A stretch of DNA of 64,000 bases from an uncultured Eubacteriales bacterium (GCA_902786465.1 CADACQ010000013.1:2723-66722), one strand, 5' to 3'. Shown: positions 10,464-21,238, numbered from the stretch's first letter. Program-made: numbers and translations. The notes: generated by a model from the sequence alone, not told the origin.

Positions 10464-12653
10464 ATGGAGATCACGGGCATCGTCGACAGGATCATATTCC
10501 GGAACGCCGAGAACGGGTACACCGTCCTCTCGCTCCGCACGGATTCGGAGGAGGGCTTCGCCACCCTCTGCGGTACGTTGCCCCTCGCCTCACCCGGAGA
10601 ACAGCTCCGGGCGGAGGGGACCATCAAATACCATCCGAAATATGGCCAGCAGTTCCTGGTGAATTACGCCGAAACCCTGGCTCCCTCCACCCAGCTTGCT
10701 ATCGAAAACTACCTGGCGGGCGGCACAGTCAAAGGCGTGGGCCCCGCCATGGCCCGGCTCATCGTGGACCGCTTCGGCATGGACACCCTGCAGATCATGG
10801 AGAAGCAGCCGGAACGGCTGTTGGAGGTGCCCGGCATCGGCCGCAAGAAGCTGGAGATGATCGTGGGCTCCTTCCGCGAGAACCGGTCCATGCGGGACAT
10901 CCTGATGGCCCTGGCACCCTACGGGATCACCGTGAACCAGGCCTACCGCATGTATAAGACCTACGGGGATCTGGCCCTCGCTAAGGTCCAGGAGAATCCC
11001 TATCAGCTCATCGACGATATAGACGGCATCGGCTTCATGACCGCCGACGCCATCGCCCAGCGGGTGGCCGGCTTCGAGACCAACTCCGCCGCCCGCTTAT
11101 TCGCTGGAATAAAATACGCTTTGCAAGATGCCAAGAACGAATACGGACACACCTATCTGCCCGCGGAGAAGCTGGTCCTGAAGGCCTGCGGGCTCCTGGG
11201 CGTGGATTCTGAACTGCTGACGGACGCCGTGGACGCCATGATCGCCGAGGGCTCCCTGGTGGAGCAGTTCGTGGGCGAGCAGCGGGGCGTGTTTCTCCCC
11301 TATATCGCCCGCATGGAGTCCAGCATCGCCCAGAAGCTGATGGAGCTTTCTGAACCCCCGGTGGCCAACCCCTTCTGGGACGTGAGCCAATACGAGCGGG
11401 AGCTGGGCCTCACCCTGTCCGAAAGCCAACGCGAAGCGGTAACCCGGGCTCTGGACGCCGGCGTCATGATCATCACCGGTGGGCCCGGCACCGGCAAGAC
11501 CACCATCATCCGCTGCATCACCCACGCCTTCGCCGGCATGGGCATGACCTTTGCTCTGGCCGCCCCCACGGGCCGGGCCGCCAAGCGCATGACCGAGGCC
11601 ACGGGCGCCGACGCCAAGACCATCCACCGGCTCCTCGAATACAACCCCCAGGGGGGCTTCGTCCGCAACAAGGAGAATCCTCTCATCTACGATCTGGTCA
11701 TCGTGGACGAGATGAGCATGGTGGACGTGCCGCTGATGCACGCCCTCCTAAACGCCCTTCCCCGGGGCACCCGGCTGCTGCTGGTGGGGGACGCGGATCA
11801 GCTGCCCCCCGTGGGCTGCGGCGACGTGCTGCGGGACTGTCTGGACAGCGGGCAGCTGCCCGTCATCCGGCTTACGGAGATATTCCGCCAGGCGGCCCAA
11901 AGCCGCATCATCACCAACGCCCATAGGATCAACCAGGGGCAGATGCCCATTTTAAGCAGCGAGGAATCCGATTTTATCTATGAGGAGATATTGCCCCCGG
12001 AGCATATTTTGGAGCGAGTTAAGCAGCTTTGCCAGCGGGAGTGTGCCCGACTCAATACCTCGGAACCGCTGATGGACGTGCAGGTGCTGGCCCCCATGAA
12101 GAAGGGCATGCTGGGGGTAGAGAACCTGAACCGTGTGCTCCAGGCCGCCCTGAACCCCGCCGCCGGGGACAAGCCAGAGCACACCTTCGGCGAGACCCTG
12201 TTCCGCCAGGGAGACAAGATCATGCAGATCAAGAACGACTACAAGATCGCCTGGTACCGGCAGGATGAAAGCGGCCTCATGCAGGAGGGCACTGGAGTCT
12301 TCAATGGGGATCTGGGGACCCTCTACCGACTGGACACCGTCAACCGATCCATGCACGTGCTCTTCGACGACGGGCGGCTGGCGGAGTACAGCTTCACCCA
12401 GAGCGACGAGCTGGACCTTGCGTACTGCATCAGCATCCACAAGAGCCAGGGCAGCGAATTCCCCACGGTGCTGCTGCCCCTCGCCGGCGGTCCCGGCATG
12501 CTGCTGAACCGAAATCTGCTCTACACCGCCGTCACCCGGGCCAAGGGCCTGGTCTATTGTCTCGGGCACCGGGACACTGTGGCGCGGATGGTGCGAACCG
12601 TCCAGTCCCGCCGCCGGTACACCTCCCTGTCCGTTCGCCTTCAGGAGCTGTAG
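10464..12653 (+). CDS. recD2: ATP-dependent RecD-like helicase
   Basis: N-terminal OB/HhH region, GGPGTGKT, APTGRAAKR, DEMSMVD, SIHKSQGSEF, LYTAVTRA. Confidence 0.95.
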   Translation: MEITGIVDRIIFRNAENGYTVLSLRTDSEEGFATLCGTLPLASPGEQLRAEGTIKYHPKYGQQFLVNYAETLAPSTQLAIENYLAGGTVKGVGPAMARLIVDRFGMDTLQIMEKQPERLLEVPGIGRKKLEMIVGSFRENRSMRDILMALAPYGITVNQAYRMYKTYGDLALAKVQENPYQLIDDIDGIGFMTADAIAQRVAGFETNSAARLFAGIKYALQDAKNEYGHTYLPAEKLVLKACGLLGVDSELLTDAVDAMIAEGSLVEQFVGEQRGVFLPYIARMESSIAQKLMELSEPPVANPFWDVSQYERELGLTLSESQREAVTRALDAGVMIITGGPGTGKTTIIRCITHAFAGMGMTFALAAPTGRAAKRMTEATGADAKTIHRLLEYNPQGGFVRNKENPLIYDLVIVDEMSMVDVPLMHALLNALPRGTRLLLVGDADQLPPVGCGDVLRDCLDSGQLPVIRLTEIFRQAAQSRIITNAHRINQGQMPILSSEESDFIYEEILPPEHILERVKQLCQRECARLNTSEPLMDVQVLAPMKKGMLGVENLNRVLQAALNPAAGDKPEHTFGETLFRQGDKIMQIKNDYKIAWYRQDESGLMQEGTGVFNGDLGTLYRLDTVNRSMHVLFDDGRLAEYSFTQSDELDLAYCISIHKSQGSEFPTVLLPLAGGPGMLLNRNLLYTAVTRAKGLVYCLGHRDTVARMVRTVQSRRRYTSLSVRLQEL

Positions 12654-12655
12654 AT

Positions 12656-13288
12656 ATGGATAGGACCCGTGAGCTCCTTCTCTCCCTGGCGGCGCCGCCG
12701 CCCCACCGGTGCTGCCTGTGCGACCGGGAATCCTTGGTGGGCGAGGACGGCCTCTGCGACGAGTGTCGCCGGACACTGAAGATGGCCATCTCCCCCGCCC
12801 CGCCGGAGGGCCTGGACGGGCTCACCGCGGGCCTTCGTTACTGCGACGAGCTGGGCAGCGTCTTCTTCCGCTTCAAGGTCATGGAGCGCCGGGATTACAC
12901 GCCCTTCCTGGCCCAGTTCATCTCTATCCCCGAGGAATGGCGCGCGGAATTACTGGTGCCCGTGCCCCTCCATTGGCTGCGGCTTTACCGGCGCACCTAC
13001 AATCAAAGCTTCCTGTTGTCTGAATACGTGTCCTCCCGGTACGGCATCCCCATCTGCCAGGAGCTGCTGGTCCGCACCCGCCCCACCCGTCAACAGAAGT
13101 TCGCCAAGAACCGTCGCAAGGGGCTCAAGGGGGCGTTCCGGGCCGCGCCGGAATGTCAGGGCCGGTCCATCGTCCTCATCGACGACGTGGTCACCTCCGG
13201 CACCACCCTCTCCGAATGCGCCAGGGCACTAAAAAAGGCCGGCGCAAAGCATGTTTACGCGGCCTGTGTTGCCTGTTCCGACAGGTAA
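12656..13288 (+). CDS. comF: ComF family protein (Zn finger plus PRTase domain)
   Basis: CCLC...LCDEC, VPVPLH, LIDDVVTSGTT. Confidence 0.85.
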   Translation: MDRTRELLLSLAAPPPHRCCLCDRESLVGEDGLCDECRRTLKMAISPAPPEGLDGLTAGLRYCDELGSVFFRFKVMERRDYTPFLAQFISIPEEWRAELLVPVPLHWLRLYRRTYNQSFLLSEYVSSRYGIPICQELLVRTRPTRQQKFAKNRRKGLKGAFRAAPECQGRSIVLIDDVVTSGTTLSECARALKKAGAKHVYAACVACSDR

Positions 13289-13290
13289 TA

Positions 13291-13551
13291 TCACATTTCT
13301 TCCTTTTCGTGCAAATATTTCTCCCTGGTCGCCTGGCCGCCGCGGATATGCCGCTCGGCCTTGTTGGTGTCCAGTACCCGGCGGACCTGAGCGTACAGGC
13401 TGGGGTCGGCCTGCTTCAGCCGCCCTGTGACCAGCTTGTGGACCGTGGACTTGGAGGTGCCGAAGAAGTGGGCGGTCTCCCGGACCGTGGCCCCGTTCTG
13501 CACCATATACCGACCGTACAAACAGGCTTTTTCCTTTCGATCTTGCTTCAT
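13291..13551 (-). CDS. spoIIID: Sporulation transcription regulator SpoIIID
   Basis: ATVRETA..FGTSKSTVHK...NKAERHIRGGQATREKY. Confidence 0.95.
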   Translation of the reverse strand: MKQDRKEKACLYGRYMVQNGATVRETAHFFGTSKSTVHKLVTGRLKQADPSLYAQVRRVLDTNKAERHIRGGQATREKYLHEKEEM

Positions 13552-13580
13552 GCGCTCCCTCGCTCCCTGACCTTTGCTCC

Positions 13581-13609
13581 ACTATATGCGGTCGGGAAAG
13601 AGGGTATGC
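13581..13609 (-). promoter_or_regulatory. SigE-type promoter of spoIIID
   Basis: Minus strand GCATACC-N14-CATATAGT; spoIIID is an established SigE target. Confidence 0.65.
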
Positions 13610-13613
13610 GCTT

Positions 13614-14414
13614 TTAGAATTGATCGATATTCACCTTCTGCACGTTATCGGCTGAAACGGCGTCCAGATACCGGCGGGCGATGTCCAGAAAGCCGGTGTC
13701 CTCGTCGCTGACGAAGTAGGACACCTGATTGGGCGCGCCGCTTTCCGGCAGGTCGAAATCCTGCCTGAGCCCGAAGGAGAGGGCCTTCCCCACGTTGACG
13801 AAGGTAACGTCGGGCATGTGGCGCTCCAGGGTGTTAGCGAGGAAGGGATAATGGGTGCAGCCCATGATGACGGTGTCCACCCCCGTCCCCTGGAAAGCGG
13901 AGAGATACCGTTCCACGGTCATCTCCGTGATGGGATCGTCCGGTGCGAAGCCGTTCTCGATCAGGGGCACGAACAGGGGGCACTCCACCCCCCATGTCTT
14001 CGCTTCGGGGCACAGCTCCCGTATTCGGCGCTCGTAGGCGTGGGAGTTGACGGTGGCCCGGGTGCCGATAACGCCGATGCGCTTCGTCCTGGACGCCTGC
14101 AGCGCCGCCTGGCAGCCCGCGTCGATCACGCCCACGATGGGCAGGGAAAAGCTTTTTTGAAGTGCGGGCAGGCAGTTGGTGCTCACCGTGCCGCAGGCAA
14201 TCAGGATGGCCTGTACGCCTTGGGACAGGAGAAAGCGCACGTCCTGCTCCGCATAGCGGGTGATGGTCTCCACCGTGCGGGAACCGTAGGGGACCCGGGC
14301 CGTGTCGCCGAAGTAGACCACGTCCAGGCCGGAGTTGTATTTACAGACCTCGTTGAGGACGGTGAGCCCGCCCAAGCCGCTGTCGAATACGCCCAATCGT
14401 TTCAGGGTGCCCAT
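13614..14414 (-). CDS. murI: Glutamate racemase
   Basis: GVFDSGLGGL, DTARVPYG, IACGT, GCTHYP. Confidence 0.96.
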   Translation of the reverse strand: MGTLKRLGVFDSGLGGLTVLNEVCKYNSGLDVVYFGDTARVPYGSRTVETITRYAEQDVRFLLSQGVQAILIACGTVSTNCLPALQKSFSLPIVGVIDAGCQAALQASRTKRIGVIGTRATVNSHAYERRIRELCPEAKTWGVECPLFVPLIENGFAPDDPITEMTVERYLSAFQGTGVDTVIMGCTHYPFLANTLERHMPDVTFVNVGKALSFGLRQDFDLPESGAPNQVSYFVSDEDTGFLDIARRYLDAVSADNVQKVNIDQF

Positions 14415-14436
14415 GAGAAAATCCCCTTGCTTCGTA

Positions 14437-14754
14437 TTATTCCCAGTCTATGAGGCCCGCGCTCTCGAGATACGCTTCGCTGTACTCCATATAGTCCTCC
14501 ACGAACCGCATGGCGTACATCTTCTGCTCCGGGAAGGCTTCCTGGAGTTTCTTCATCATATACTCGAAGGCCTGATCGTCGTCGTAGACCGCCCCGTCGT
14601 TGACGCCGGCCTCCGCCATAAACGCTTCGTCCAGGTCCATGACCTTGTCCAGCATCTTTTCGAACACATCCTTGGGCAGGATGTTGAAGTCCCCCTGCTC
14701 CGCGAACTTGTCCGCGATGTACGAACGCGCGTCGGTTCTGCTGTACTCTTCCAT
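14437..14754 (-). CDS. Small acidic hypothetical protein
   Basis: RBS AGGAGG before MEEYSRT; host-like codon usage; in line with murI. Confidence 0.7.
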   Translation of the reverse strand: MEEYSRTDARSYIADKFAEQGDFNILPKDVFEKMLDKVMDLDEAFMAEAGVNDGAVYDDDQAFEYMMKKLQEAFPEQKMYAMRFVEDYMEYSEAYLESAGLIDWE

Positions 14755-14901
14755 ATTTTGCCTCCTGATATCTGTTTGTGGCATAGTATATCATTTTCTT
14801 GGCCTGCCGTCCATAAACCGGATATGAATTTTTCATGACTCCGCAAGAGTTCACCGCAGTTTTACTTGCCATCCGGGCCTTTTTTTGATACACTATCCTA
14901 C

Positions 14902-15717
14902 ATGAAAATCATATTCTCCATCTTCATATGCCTGGCCATGCTCTTCGGTTGCACCCCTGCGCCCGTGAAGGGCATGGATATCTACACCTTTTCCGTAGGC
15001 AAGGCTGACTGTTCCCTCATGTCCTTCGATGGGTACAACGTGCTCATTGACACAGGCGAGGAGGACGACGGGGATGAGATCCTTGAAGCGCTGCATCGAC
15101 TCGAGATCGAGAAGCTGGATCTGGTGATCCTGACCCACTTCGACAAGGACCATATCGGAGGCTTCCCCGAGATCAGCGACGGCATCCCCATCGACAAAGT
15201 CATCCTTCCGGATTACGTACGGGACAGCGACCTCTATTCAGCCATGACGGCGGCCCTCGAAACCCATGCCATCCCCGCGGAGCGGCTGGCGCTGGATACA
15301 TCCTTCTCCCTAGGCCGGGCCGTTTTCGATGTCTGGCCCTCCACCAAGACCTACAACCCGGAGAAAGGGAACGACAACCAGATGTCCCTGGTGACCCGCG
15401 TCGCCTTCGGCCAGGTCCGCCTCCTGTTCCTGGCGGACGCGGAGGGCGGCTGGCTCAAGGAGCTGTGCTATTCCACCTATGAACTGGGCTGCGATATCAT
15501 CAAGATCCCATGTCACGGTAAATGGCAGAAGAACCTCCCCGTTCTCCTTACACTGTCCCTGCCTCAATACGCCATCATCACCGATTCCGATAAGAACCCC
15601 GCCGCTGTGGATACCCTGGACACCCTCAGCGCCATGGAAATCACAGCCCTGCGCACCGCGGACGGCGACGTACATCTGTTCACCGACGGGCAAACCGTGA
15701 CGATCCCGAAGGACTGA
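14902..15717 (+). CDS. MBL-fold metallo-hydrolase lipoprotein (ComEC-like)
   Basis: Lipobox LFGC; VGKAD, IDTG, THFDKDHIGG, PCHG motifs. Confidence 0.8.
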   Translation: MKIIFSIFICLAMLFGCTPAPVKGMDIYTFSVGKADCSLMSFDGYNVLIDTGEEDDGDEILEALHRLEIEKLDLVILTHFDKDHIGGFPEISDGIPIDKVILPDYVRDSDLYSAMTAALETHAIPAERLALDTSFSLGRAVFDVWPSTKTYNPEKGNDNQMSLVTRVAFGQVRLLFLADAEGGWLKELCYSTYELGCDIIKIPCHGKWQKNLPVLLTLSLPQYAIITDSDKNPAAVDTLDTLSAMEITALRTADGDVHLFTDGQTVTIPKD

Positions 15718-15733
15718 TACGTATATAAAATGG

Positions 15734-15766
15734 AAAAGGTGACGGTTTTGCGGCCGTCACCTTTTT
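15734..15766. terminator. Bidirectional intrinsic terminator
   Basis: AAAAGGTGACGG...CCGTCACCTTTTT between convergent genes. Confidence 0.8.
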
Positions 15767-15769
15767 ATG

Positions 15770-16681
15770 CTATTTCTTTCCTCTTCGTACGATCATGATA
15801 GGAGGTTGTTCCTCCTCATCTATCGGCTCCTCTTCCGGCGGCGCTTCCTCGTAGGGCTCCTCCTCGGGTGCCGTCAGGATTTCCTCCTCTTCCTCGTCGT
15901 CTTCAAAATATTTGATGCGAGCCTTGTTCTTGCCCCGCCGCACGATCATGAGCGTCAGGACGACACAAATTAGGAGCGCTACCACGATGAACAGGCCGAA
16001 TACGATATAGGCCAAAACATCGCTGTCCCCATTGTTCGGCTCAGGTAAGGGGCTCGAGCCGGGAGAAAGCGTCACCTCCGTCACCGGGAACCTGGGCTCA
16101 TCCGTAGCCACGGCTGCGGGAGGCTGGCTGTTGACCGGCGCGCTGGTGAAGGGTGGTATGGTGGTGGGAACGCTTTGACCGGTGATCCGCCCCAGATTGA
16201 TGGTGCCGCCCGTATAGCTCTTCTGTGCGCCGGAACTGGCCGTCACAAAGGAATATGAAACCTTCTTCAGCACAAGCATGGTGCTCACGGCGGACAGGAT
16301 CTTGAAGCGAACGTGCATCAGCACGCCGCTGCCGGAGCAACCGTCGGAGGAGGCGGCCGTATAGGCCACCGAACCGGTCTTGGTCGTCACGTTGCAGATA
16401 TACTGGACGCCGAGGATGTTCATGCGATCCTGGGAAAGCTCCTGGATGCCCACAAACTCCAAAGCGGCGCTGTCATACTCCAGCACGAACTGCAGGGAAT
16501 CCATGGTCTGTCCCAGCTTGGGCGGCTCGATGGCGATGTTGATCGCCACAGTCACCGTGTCGCCCACGCTCCCCCGGACGTCCTCCGAGGTGATGGCCAC
16601 GGGGGTCCCGGTCGCCATGGATACGGATATAGGCAGCAAAAGCAATGCTGCTAAAAGAAGAGAAATGATCCTTCGTTTCAT
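15770..16681 (-). CDS. Membrane-anchored single cohesin-like domain protein
   Basis: Signal peptide; GDTVTVAINI...SLQFVLEYDSAALEFV...GVLMHVRFKIL cohesin-like pattern; P/T linker, TM helix, acidic tail. Confidence 0.7.
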   Translation of the reverse strand: MKRRIISLLLAALLLLPISVSMATGTPVAITSEDVRGSVGDTVTVAINIAIEPPKLGQTMDSLQFVLEYDSAALEFVGIQELSQDRMNILGVQYICNVTTKTGSVAYTAASSDGCSGSGVLMHVRFKILSAVSTMLVLKKVSYSFVTASSGAQKSYTGGTINLGRITGQSVPTTIPPFTSAPVNSQPPAAVATDEPRFPVTEVTLSPGSSPLPEPNNGDSDVLAYIVFGLFIVVALLICVVLTLMIVRRGKNKARIKYFEDDEEEEEILTAPEEEPYEEAPPEEEPIDEEEQPPIMIVRRGKK

Positions 16682-16790
16682 CCAAAGCTCCTTCATGTAG
16701 TATGCGCTCACCACGGGGACCTATGCCCGCGGGCCATGCCATCGTATCGAAAGTATTGTACTATCCCTTGCCTCATAAGTCAAATTCGGA

Positions 16791-16819
16791 TTGACAACGT
16801 CATGTAAATTTCATATAAT
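16791..16819 (+). promoter_or_regulatory. SigA promoter of cysS
   Basis: TTGACA-N17-TATAAT, perfect consensus. Confidence 0.85.
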
Positions 16820-16853
16820 TTTCTAAATTTGACAGTGAGAAAGGGATCATTCC

Positions 16854-18245
16854 ATGTACATTTACAATACCATGACCCGCAAGAAGGAGCTGTTCGTGCC
16901 GTTGAAGGAGGGCCAGGTCTCCATGTACGCCTGCGGCCCCACGGTGTACAACTTCTTCCATATCGGCAACGCCCGCCCCTTCATCGTGTTCGACACCCTG
17001 CGCCGGTATCTCGAATACCGCGGCTACAAGGTCACCTTCGTTCAGAACTTCACCGACATCGACGACAAGATGATCCGCCGTGCCAACGAGGAGGGCATCA
17101 CCGTCAAGGAGCTGGGCGACCGGTTCATCAAGGAGTATTACACCGACGCCGACGCTTTGGGCGTGAAGCGGGCCACCGTGAACCCCCGGGCCACGGAGCA
17201 TATCCAGGACATCATCGACCTGGTCGAGACCCTGGTGGAGAAGGGCCACGCCTACCCCGCCCCCAACGGGGACGTATACTTCTCCGTCCGCAGCTGGCCC
17301 GGCTACGGGAAGCTGTCCGGCCAGAACATCGACGATCTTGAAAACGGGGCCCGGGTGGACCCCACCGAGGAGAAGCGGGACCCCCTGGACTTCGCCCTCT
17401 GGAAGGGACAGAAGCCCGGCGAGCCCGCCTGGCCCTCCCCCTGGGGCATGGGCCGTCCCGGCTGGCACATCGAGTGCTCCGCCATGAGCATGGCCATCCT
17501 GGGCCAGAGCTTCGACATCCACGGCGGCGGCCAGGACCTGATCTTCCCCCACCACGAGAACGAGATCGCCCAGTCCGAGGCCGCTACGGGCAAGCCCTTC
17601 GCCCACTACTGGATGCACAACGGCTTCATCAACGTGGACAATCAGAAGATGAGCAAGTCCCTGGGCAACTTCTTCACCGTCCGAGACATCGCCAAGGAAT
17701 ACGATCTCGACGTGGTGCGGCTGTTCATGCTCAGCGTCCAGTATCGGAACCCCATCAACTTCTCCCGTGATTTGATCCAGCAGGCCGCCGTGGCCCTGCA
17801 GCGGCTCCGCACGGCCCTCGATCGGCTGAAGGAGGCCCCCGTAGCCCAGGAGGCCGCTGAAGACGAGCAATCGTTCCTGGATTCCCTGGATGGTTACCGG
17901 ACCCGGTTCAACGAGGCTATGGACGACGATCTCAACACCGCCGACGCCCTGGGCGTGCTGTTCGATCTGGCCCGGGCTGCCAACACCTTCGTCAGCGTCC
18001 CCCGGACCAGGAAGGCCATCGAGGCCGTCATGGCCCTATATACGGAGCTCATGGACGTGCTGGGGCTCATGCCCCGGGAGAAGGCCGAAGAGTTCCCCGC
18101 CGAGGTGCTGGCCCTGCTGGACGAGCGGCAGGCTGCCCGGAAAGCCAAGAACTACGCCCGGGCCGACGAGATCCGGGAGCAGCTCAAAGCCCTTGGTTAC
18201 GCCATCGAGGATTCCCGCCAGGGCGCCAAGCTGAAGAAGCTGTGA
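16854..18245 (+). CDS. cysS: Cysteine--tRNA ligase
   Basis: [44 protein letters not shown]. Confidence 0.98.
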   Translation: MYIYNTMTRKKELFVPLKEGQVSMYACGPTVYNFFHIGNARPFIVFDTLRRYLEYRGYKVTFVQNFTDIDDKMIRRANEEGITVKELGDRFIKEYYTDADALGVKRATVNPRATEHIQDIIDLVETLVEKGHAYPAPNGDVYFSVRSWPGYGKLSGQNIDDLENGARVDPTEEKRDPLDFALWKGQKPGEPAWPSPWGMGRPGWHIECSAMSMAILGQSFDIHGGGQDLIFPHHENEIAQSEAATGKPFAHYWMHNGFINVDNQKMSKSLGNFFTVRDIAKEYDLDVVRLFMLSVQYRNPINFSRDLIQQAAVALQRLRTALDRLKEAPVAQEAAEDEQSFLDSLDGYRTRFNEAMDDDLNTADALGVLFDLARAANTFVSVPRTRKAIEAVMALYTELMDVLGLMPREKAEEFPAEVLALLDERQAARKAKNYARADEIREQLKALGYAIEDSRQGAKLKKL

Positions 18246-18264
18246 GATAAAAGGAGTACCGCCT

Positions 18265-18948
18265 ATGTTTTTTAGTCTGTTGCTGTTAGTCGTAGCCGGC
18301 GTGCTGGCCGTCCCCGTGTTCACCGGCAAGGGAAAGATGATGAACACGGAGAACATCAAGAAGGACAAGCTCCCTAAGTATAAGAAGTGGGTCCGCGTCC
18401 TCTACGCCCTCATGATGGTGACGGTGCTGTTCATGGCCTTCTTCAACTTCGTGGAGAAGGTAGCCTATACCCAGACCAACTATTTCGAGTTCACAGAGCC
18501 TTACGTGGGCGCGGACGGCGTCACCTACGCCGCCGGGGAACCCCATACCACCGATGAGATGCGGGAGATCCTGCTCCCCACGGAGACCAGTCAGAGCCTG
18601 TGCAGCCCCGTGGATACGGAGAGCCTGCCCTACCGGTTCGTGGAGACCACCTACACGCTGGATGAAAAGTACGCCTTCCTGGACTTCGTCCCCTATAAGA
18701 CCGCCCACATCCTGAACTTCGTCACCTTGGGCGTCTCCATGGCTGTCATCTTCGCCCTGTTCGTGTTCATCAACATGATGACCGACAAGGAGGCCCAGAA
18801 GAAGAACTCCCGGGCGGCGAAGCAGAACCCCGTTCGCCCCTCCATGCCCAAGGGCGCTTTCGACTTCTCCGACTACAAGGACGAGGTAGAGGTCAAGGAC
18901 GACCGCTTCGACGGCGAACCACAGGAGATCCCCTCCAAGAAAAAATGA
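18265..18948 (+). CDS. Hypothetical membrane protein (3 TM)
   Basis: RBS AAGGAG; three hydrophobic helices; host-like codon usage. Confidence 0.75.
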   Translation: MFFSLLLLVVAGVLAVPVFTGKGKMMNTENIKKDKLPKYKKWVRVLYALMMVTVLFMAFFNFVEKVAYTQTNYFEFTEPYVGADGVTYAAGEPHTTDEMREILLPTETSQSLCSPVDTESLPYRFVETTYTLDEKYAFLDFVPYKTAHILNFVTLGVSMAVIFALFVFINMMTDKEAQKKNSRAAKQNPVRPSMPKGAFDFSDYKDEVEVKDDRFDGEPQEIPSKKK

Positions 18949-18996
18949 CCATCTTTTCTACAGAGAGGGCAGGCAGCGCTGGTCCTTTTCGCATAC

Positions 18997-19026
18997 AAAA
19001 ACGGCCACCGATTAACTCGGTGGCCG
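18997..19026. terminator. Terminator between the convergent membrane-protein gene and gap
   Basis: AAAAACGGCCACCGA-ttaac-TCGGTGGCCG. Confidence 0.75.
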
Positions 19027-19044
19027 CATTAGTTTTGTGAGAAA

Positions 19045-20115
19045 TTACAGCTCCGCGAAGTACTTGATGGTGCGGACCATCTGGCTGGTGTAGCTGTTCT
19101 CGTTGTCGTACCAGGACACGACCTGGACCTGGTAGGTGTCCTCGTCGATCTTCTGGACCATGGTCTGGTTGGCATCGAACAGGGAGCCGTAGGTCATGCC
19201 GATGATGTCGGAGGAAACCAGCTTCTCGGTGGTGTAGCCGAAGGACTCGCTGGTCTGGGCCTTCATGGCGGCGTTGACCGCTTCCTTGGTGATGTCCTTG
19301 CCCTTGACGACCGCCACCAGGATGGTGGTGGAGCCGGTGGCTACGGGGACGCGCTGGGCGGAGCCGATCAGCTTCCCATTGAGCTCGGGGATGACCAGGC
19401 CGATGGCCTTGGCAGCGCCGGTGCTGTTGGGCACGATGTTGGCGGCGCCGGCACGGGCACGCTGCAGATCGCCCTTCTTATGGGGGCCGTCCAGGATCAT
19501 CTGGTCGCCGGTGTAGGCGTGGACCGTGGTCATGATGCCGGCCTGGATGGGGAAGTTGTCGTTGAGGGCCTTGGTCATGGGCGCCAGGCAGTTGGTGGTG
19601 CAGCTGGCGGCGGAGATGATCTTGTCCTCCTTGGTGAGGATGTTGTTGTTCACATTGAACACCACGGTGGGCAGGTCGTTGCCCGCGGGGGCGGAGATGA
19701 CGACCTTCTTGGCGCCGGCATCGATGTGGGCCTGGGCCTTGGCCTTGCTGGTGTAGAAGCCGGTGCACTCCAGCACCACGTCCACCTTCAGCTTGCCCCA
19801 GGGCAGGTTCTGGGCCTTGGGCTCAGCGGCGTAGATGGTGATCTCCTTGCCGTCCACGGTGATGGAGCCGGGGACCTTCACGGTCTTGCCGTCCTCTTCG
19901 AAGACGGGCTCCTTGGAAGTGACGGTGTGCTTGTTCTCGCCGATCACGCCGCAATAGCCCTTCTGAGCGGTATCGTACTTCAGCAGGTGAGCGAGCATGG
20001 CGGGGCTGGTGAGATCGTTGATGGCGACGATCTTGTACCCCTTTGCGCCGAACATCTGACGGAATGCAAGACGACCGATGCGGCCGAATCCATTGATTGC
20101 AACTCTAATAGCCAT
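19045..20115 (-). CDS. gap: Type I glyceraldehyde-3-phosphate dehydrogenase
   Basis: [25 protein letters not shown]. Confidence 0.98.
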   Translation of the reverse strand: MAIRVAINGFGRIGRLAFRQMFGAKGYKIVAINDLTSPAMLAHLLKYDTAQKGYCGVIGENKHTVTSKEPVFEEDGKTVKVPGSITVDGKEITIYAAEPKAQNLPWGKLKVDVVLECTGFYTSKAKAQAHIDAGAKKVVISAPAGNDLPTVVFNVNNNILTKEDKIISAASCTTNCLAPMTKALNDNFPIQAGIMTTVHAYTGDQMILDGPHKKGDLQRARAGAANIVPNSTGAAKAIGLVIPELNGKLIGSAQRVPVATGSTTILVAVVKGKDITKEAVNAAMKAQTSESFGYTTEKLVSSDIIGMTYGSLFDANQTMVQKIDEDTYQVQVVSWYDNENSYTSQMVRTIKYFAEL

Positions 20116-20198
20116 AGAAGCCTCCTTGTTTTGATTTCAAGCTATTATACTATAAGACCTTTTGGTTTTCAATAAAAAGATATAATATTTTCAACGAA

Positions 20199-21125
20199 TC
20201 ACAGATTGATCTTCTCCGCAACGATATAGAGGGGCCTCGCCTTGGACTCCTCGAAGATGCGGCCGATGTAAGCCCCCTGGACGCCCAGGAAAAAGAGCAC
20301 CGCGCCGAGGAGCAGGCAGACGCCGCACAGGGCCCAGAGCCATGCCGCCGCGCCCACGGTCAGGGCGCAGATGAGCACCGCCAGGAAGCCCAGCAGAGAG
20401 AGGCCCATCACCGCCCCGCCCAGGTAGAGGGGCATGGTCAAAGGCTTGGTAGAGAAGCCGGTGATCCCGTCCAAAGCGAGCTTCAGCATCTTCTTCAGGG
20501 TGTACTTGGTCTTCCCCGCCGCCCGTTCCTGCCGAACGTATTCGAGAGGCACCGCGTCAAAGCCCATCCAGGCGGACATGCCCCGAAGGAACCGGCCGTG
20601 CTCCCGCATCTTCAAAAATACGTCCGCCACGTTCCGACCGATGAGCCGAAAGTCGCCTGTATCGAGGGGGATCGGGTAGGCGCTCATGCTGGTGAGCAGC
20701 CGATAGTAGCAGGCGGCTGTGAACTTTTTGAAGAAGGTCTCCCCCTCCCGCTTCTTGCGCTTCCCGTAGACGATGTCCGCCCCCTGCTCCCACAGCTTCA
20801 CCATGTCGGGGATCAGCTCCGGTGGGTCCTGCAGATCGGCGTCGATGATGATTAGGGCGTCGCCGGTGGCCTCGTCCATGCCCGCTGTGACCGCCAGCTG
20901 ATGGCCGAAGTTCCGGGAGAAGGACAGCACCTTTACCCGCTGGTCCTCTGCGGCGATCTTCCTCAGCTCCCGCATGGTGCCGTCCCGGCTGCCGTCGTTG
21001 ACGAAGAGGATCTCGTAGTCGTGCCCCGTCTGTTCGAGGGCCGCCTTCATCCTTGGATAGGCGATGGGCAGCACCTCCTCCTCATAGTAGACCGGAACGA
21101 TCAGAGAGATCTTTTTTTCTGACAT
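20199..21125 (-). CDS. GT2 polyisoprenyl-phosphate glycosyltransferase (GtrB/YkcC-like)
   Basis: VNDGSRD, SRNFGHQ, DADLQDPP, GDFRL, two C-terminal TMs; true start MSEKK behind GAGGAGG. Confidence 0.9.
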   Translation of the reverse strand: MSEKKISLIVPVYYEEEVLPIAYPRMKAALEQTGHDYEILFVNDGSRDGTMRELRKIAAEDQRVKVLSFSRNFGHQLAVTAGMDEATGDALIIIDADLQDPPELIPDMVKLWEQGADIVYGKRKKREGETFFKKFTAACYYRLLTSMSAYPIPLDTGDFRLIGRNVADVFLKMREHGRFLRGMSAWMGFDAVPLEYVRQERAAGKTKYTLKKMLKLALDGITGFSTKPLTMPLYLGGAVMGLSLLGFLAVLICALTVGAAAWLWALCGVCLLLGAVLFFLGVQGAYIGRIFEESKARPLYIVAEKINL

Positions 21126-21150
21126 GGCCCGAAGCCTCCTCAAGCACTTT

Positions 21151-21186
21151 ATAGGGAAAGTATACCAGATAGGGAAAGTATACCAG
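21151..21186. repeat. Perfect 18-bp tandem duplication covering the extended -10 of the GT2 promoter
   Basis: ATAGGGAAAGTATACCAG x2; minus strand TTGCTT-N17-TATACT. Confidence 0.85.
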
Positions 21187-21238
21187 TTCCCCGACCGTAA
21201 AGCAAACCTGGACGGGAGTTTTTGCAGTTTTGTTACAG

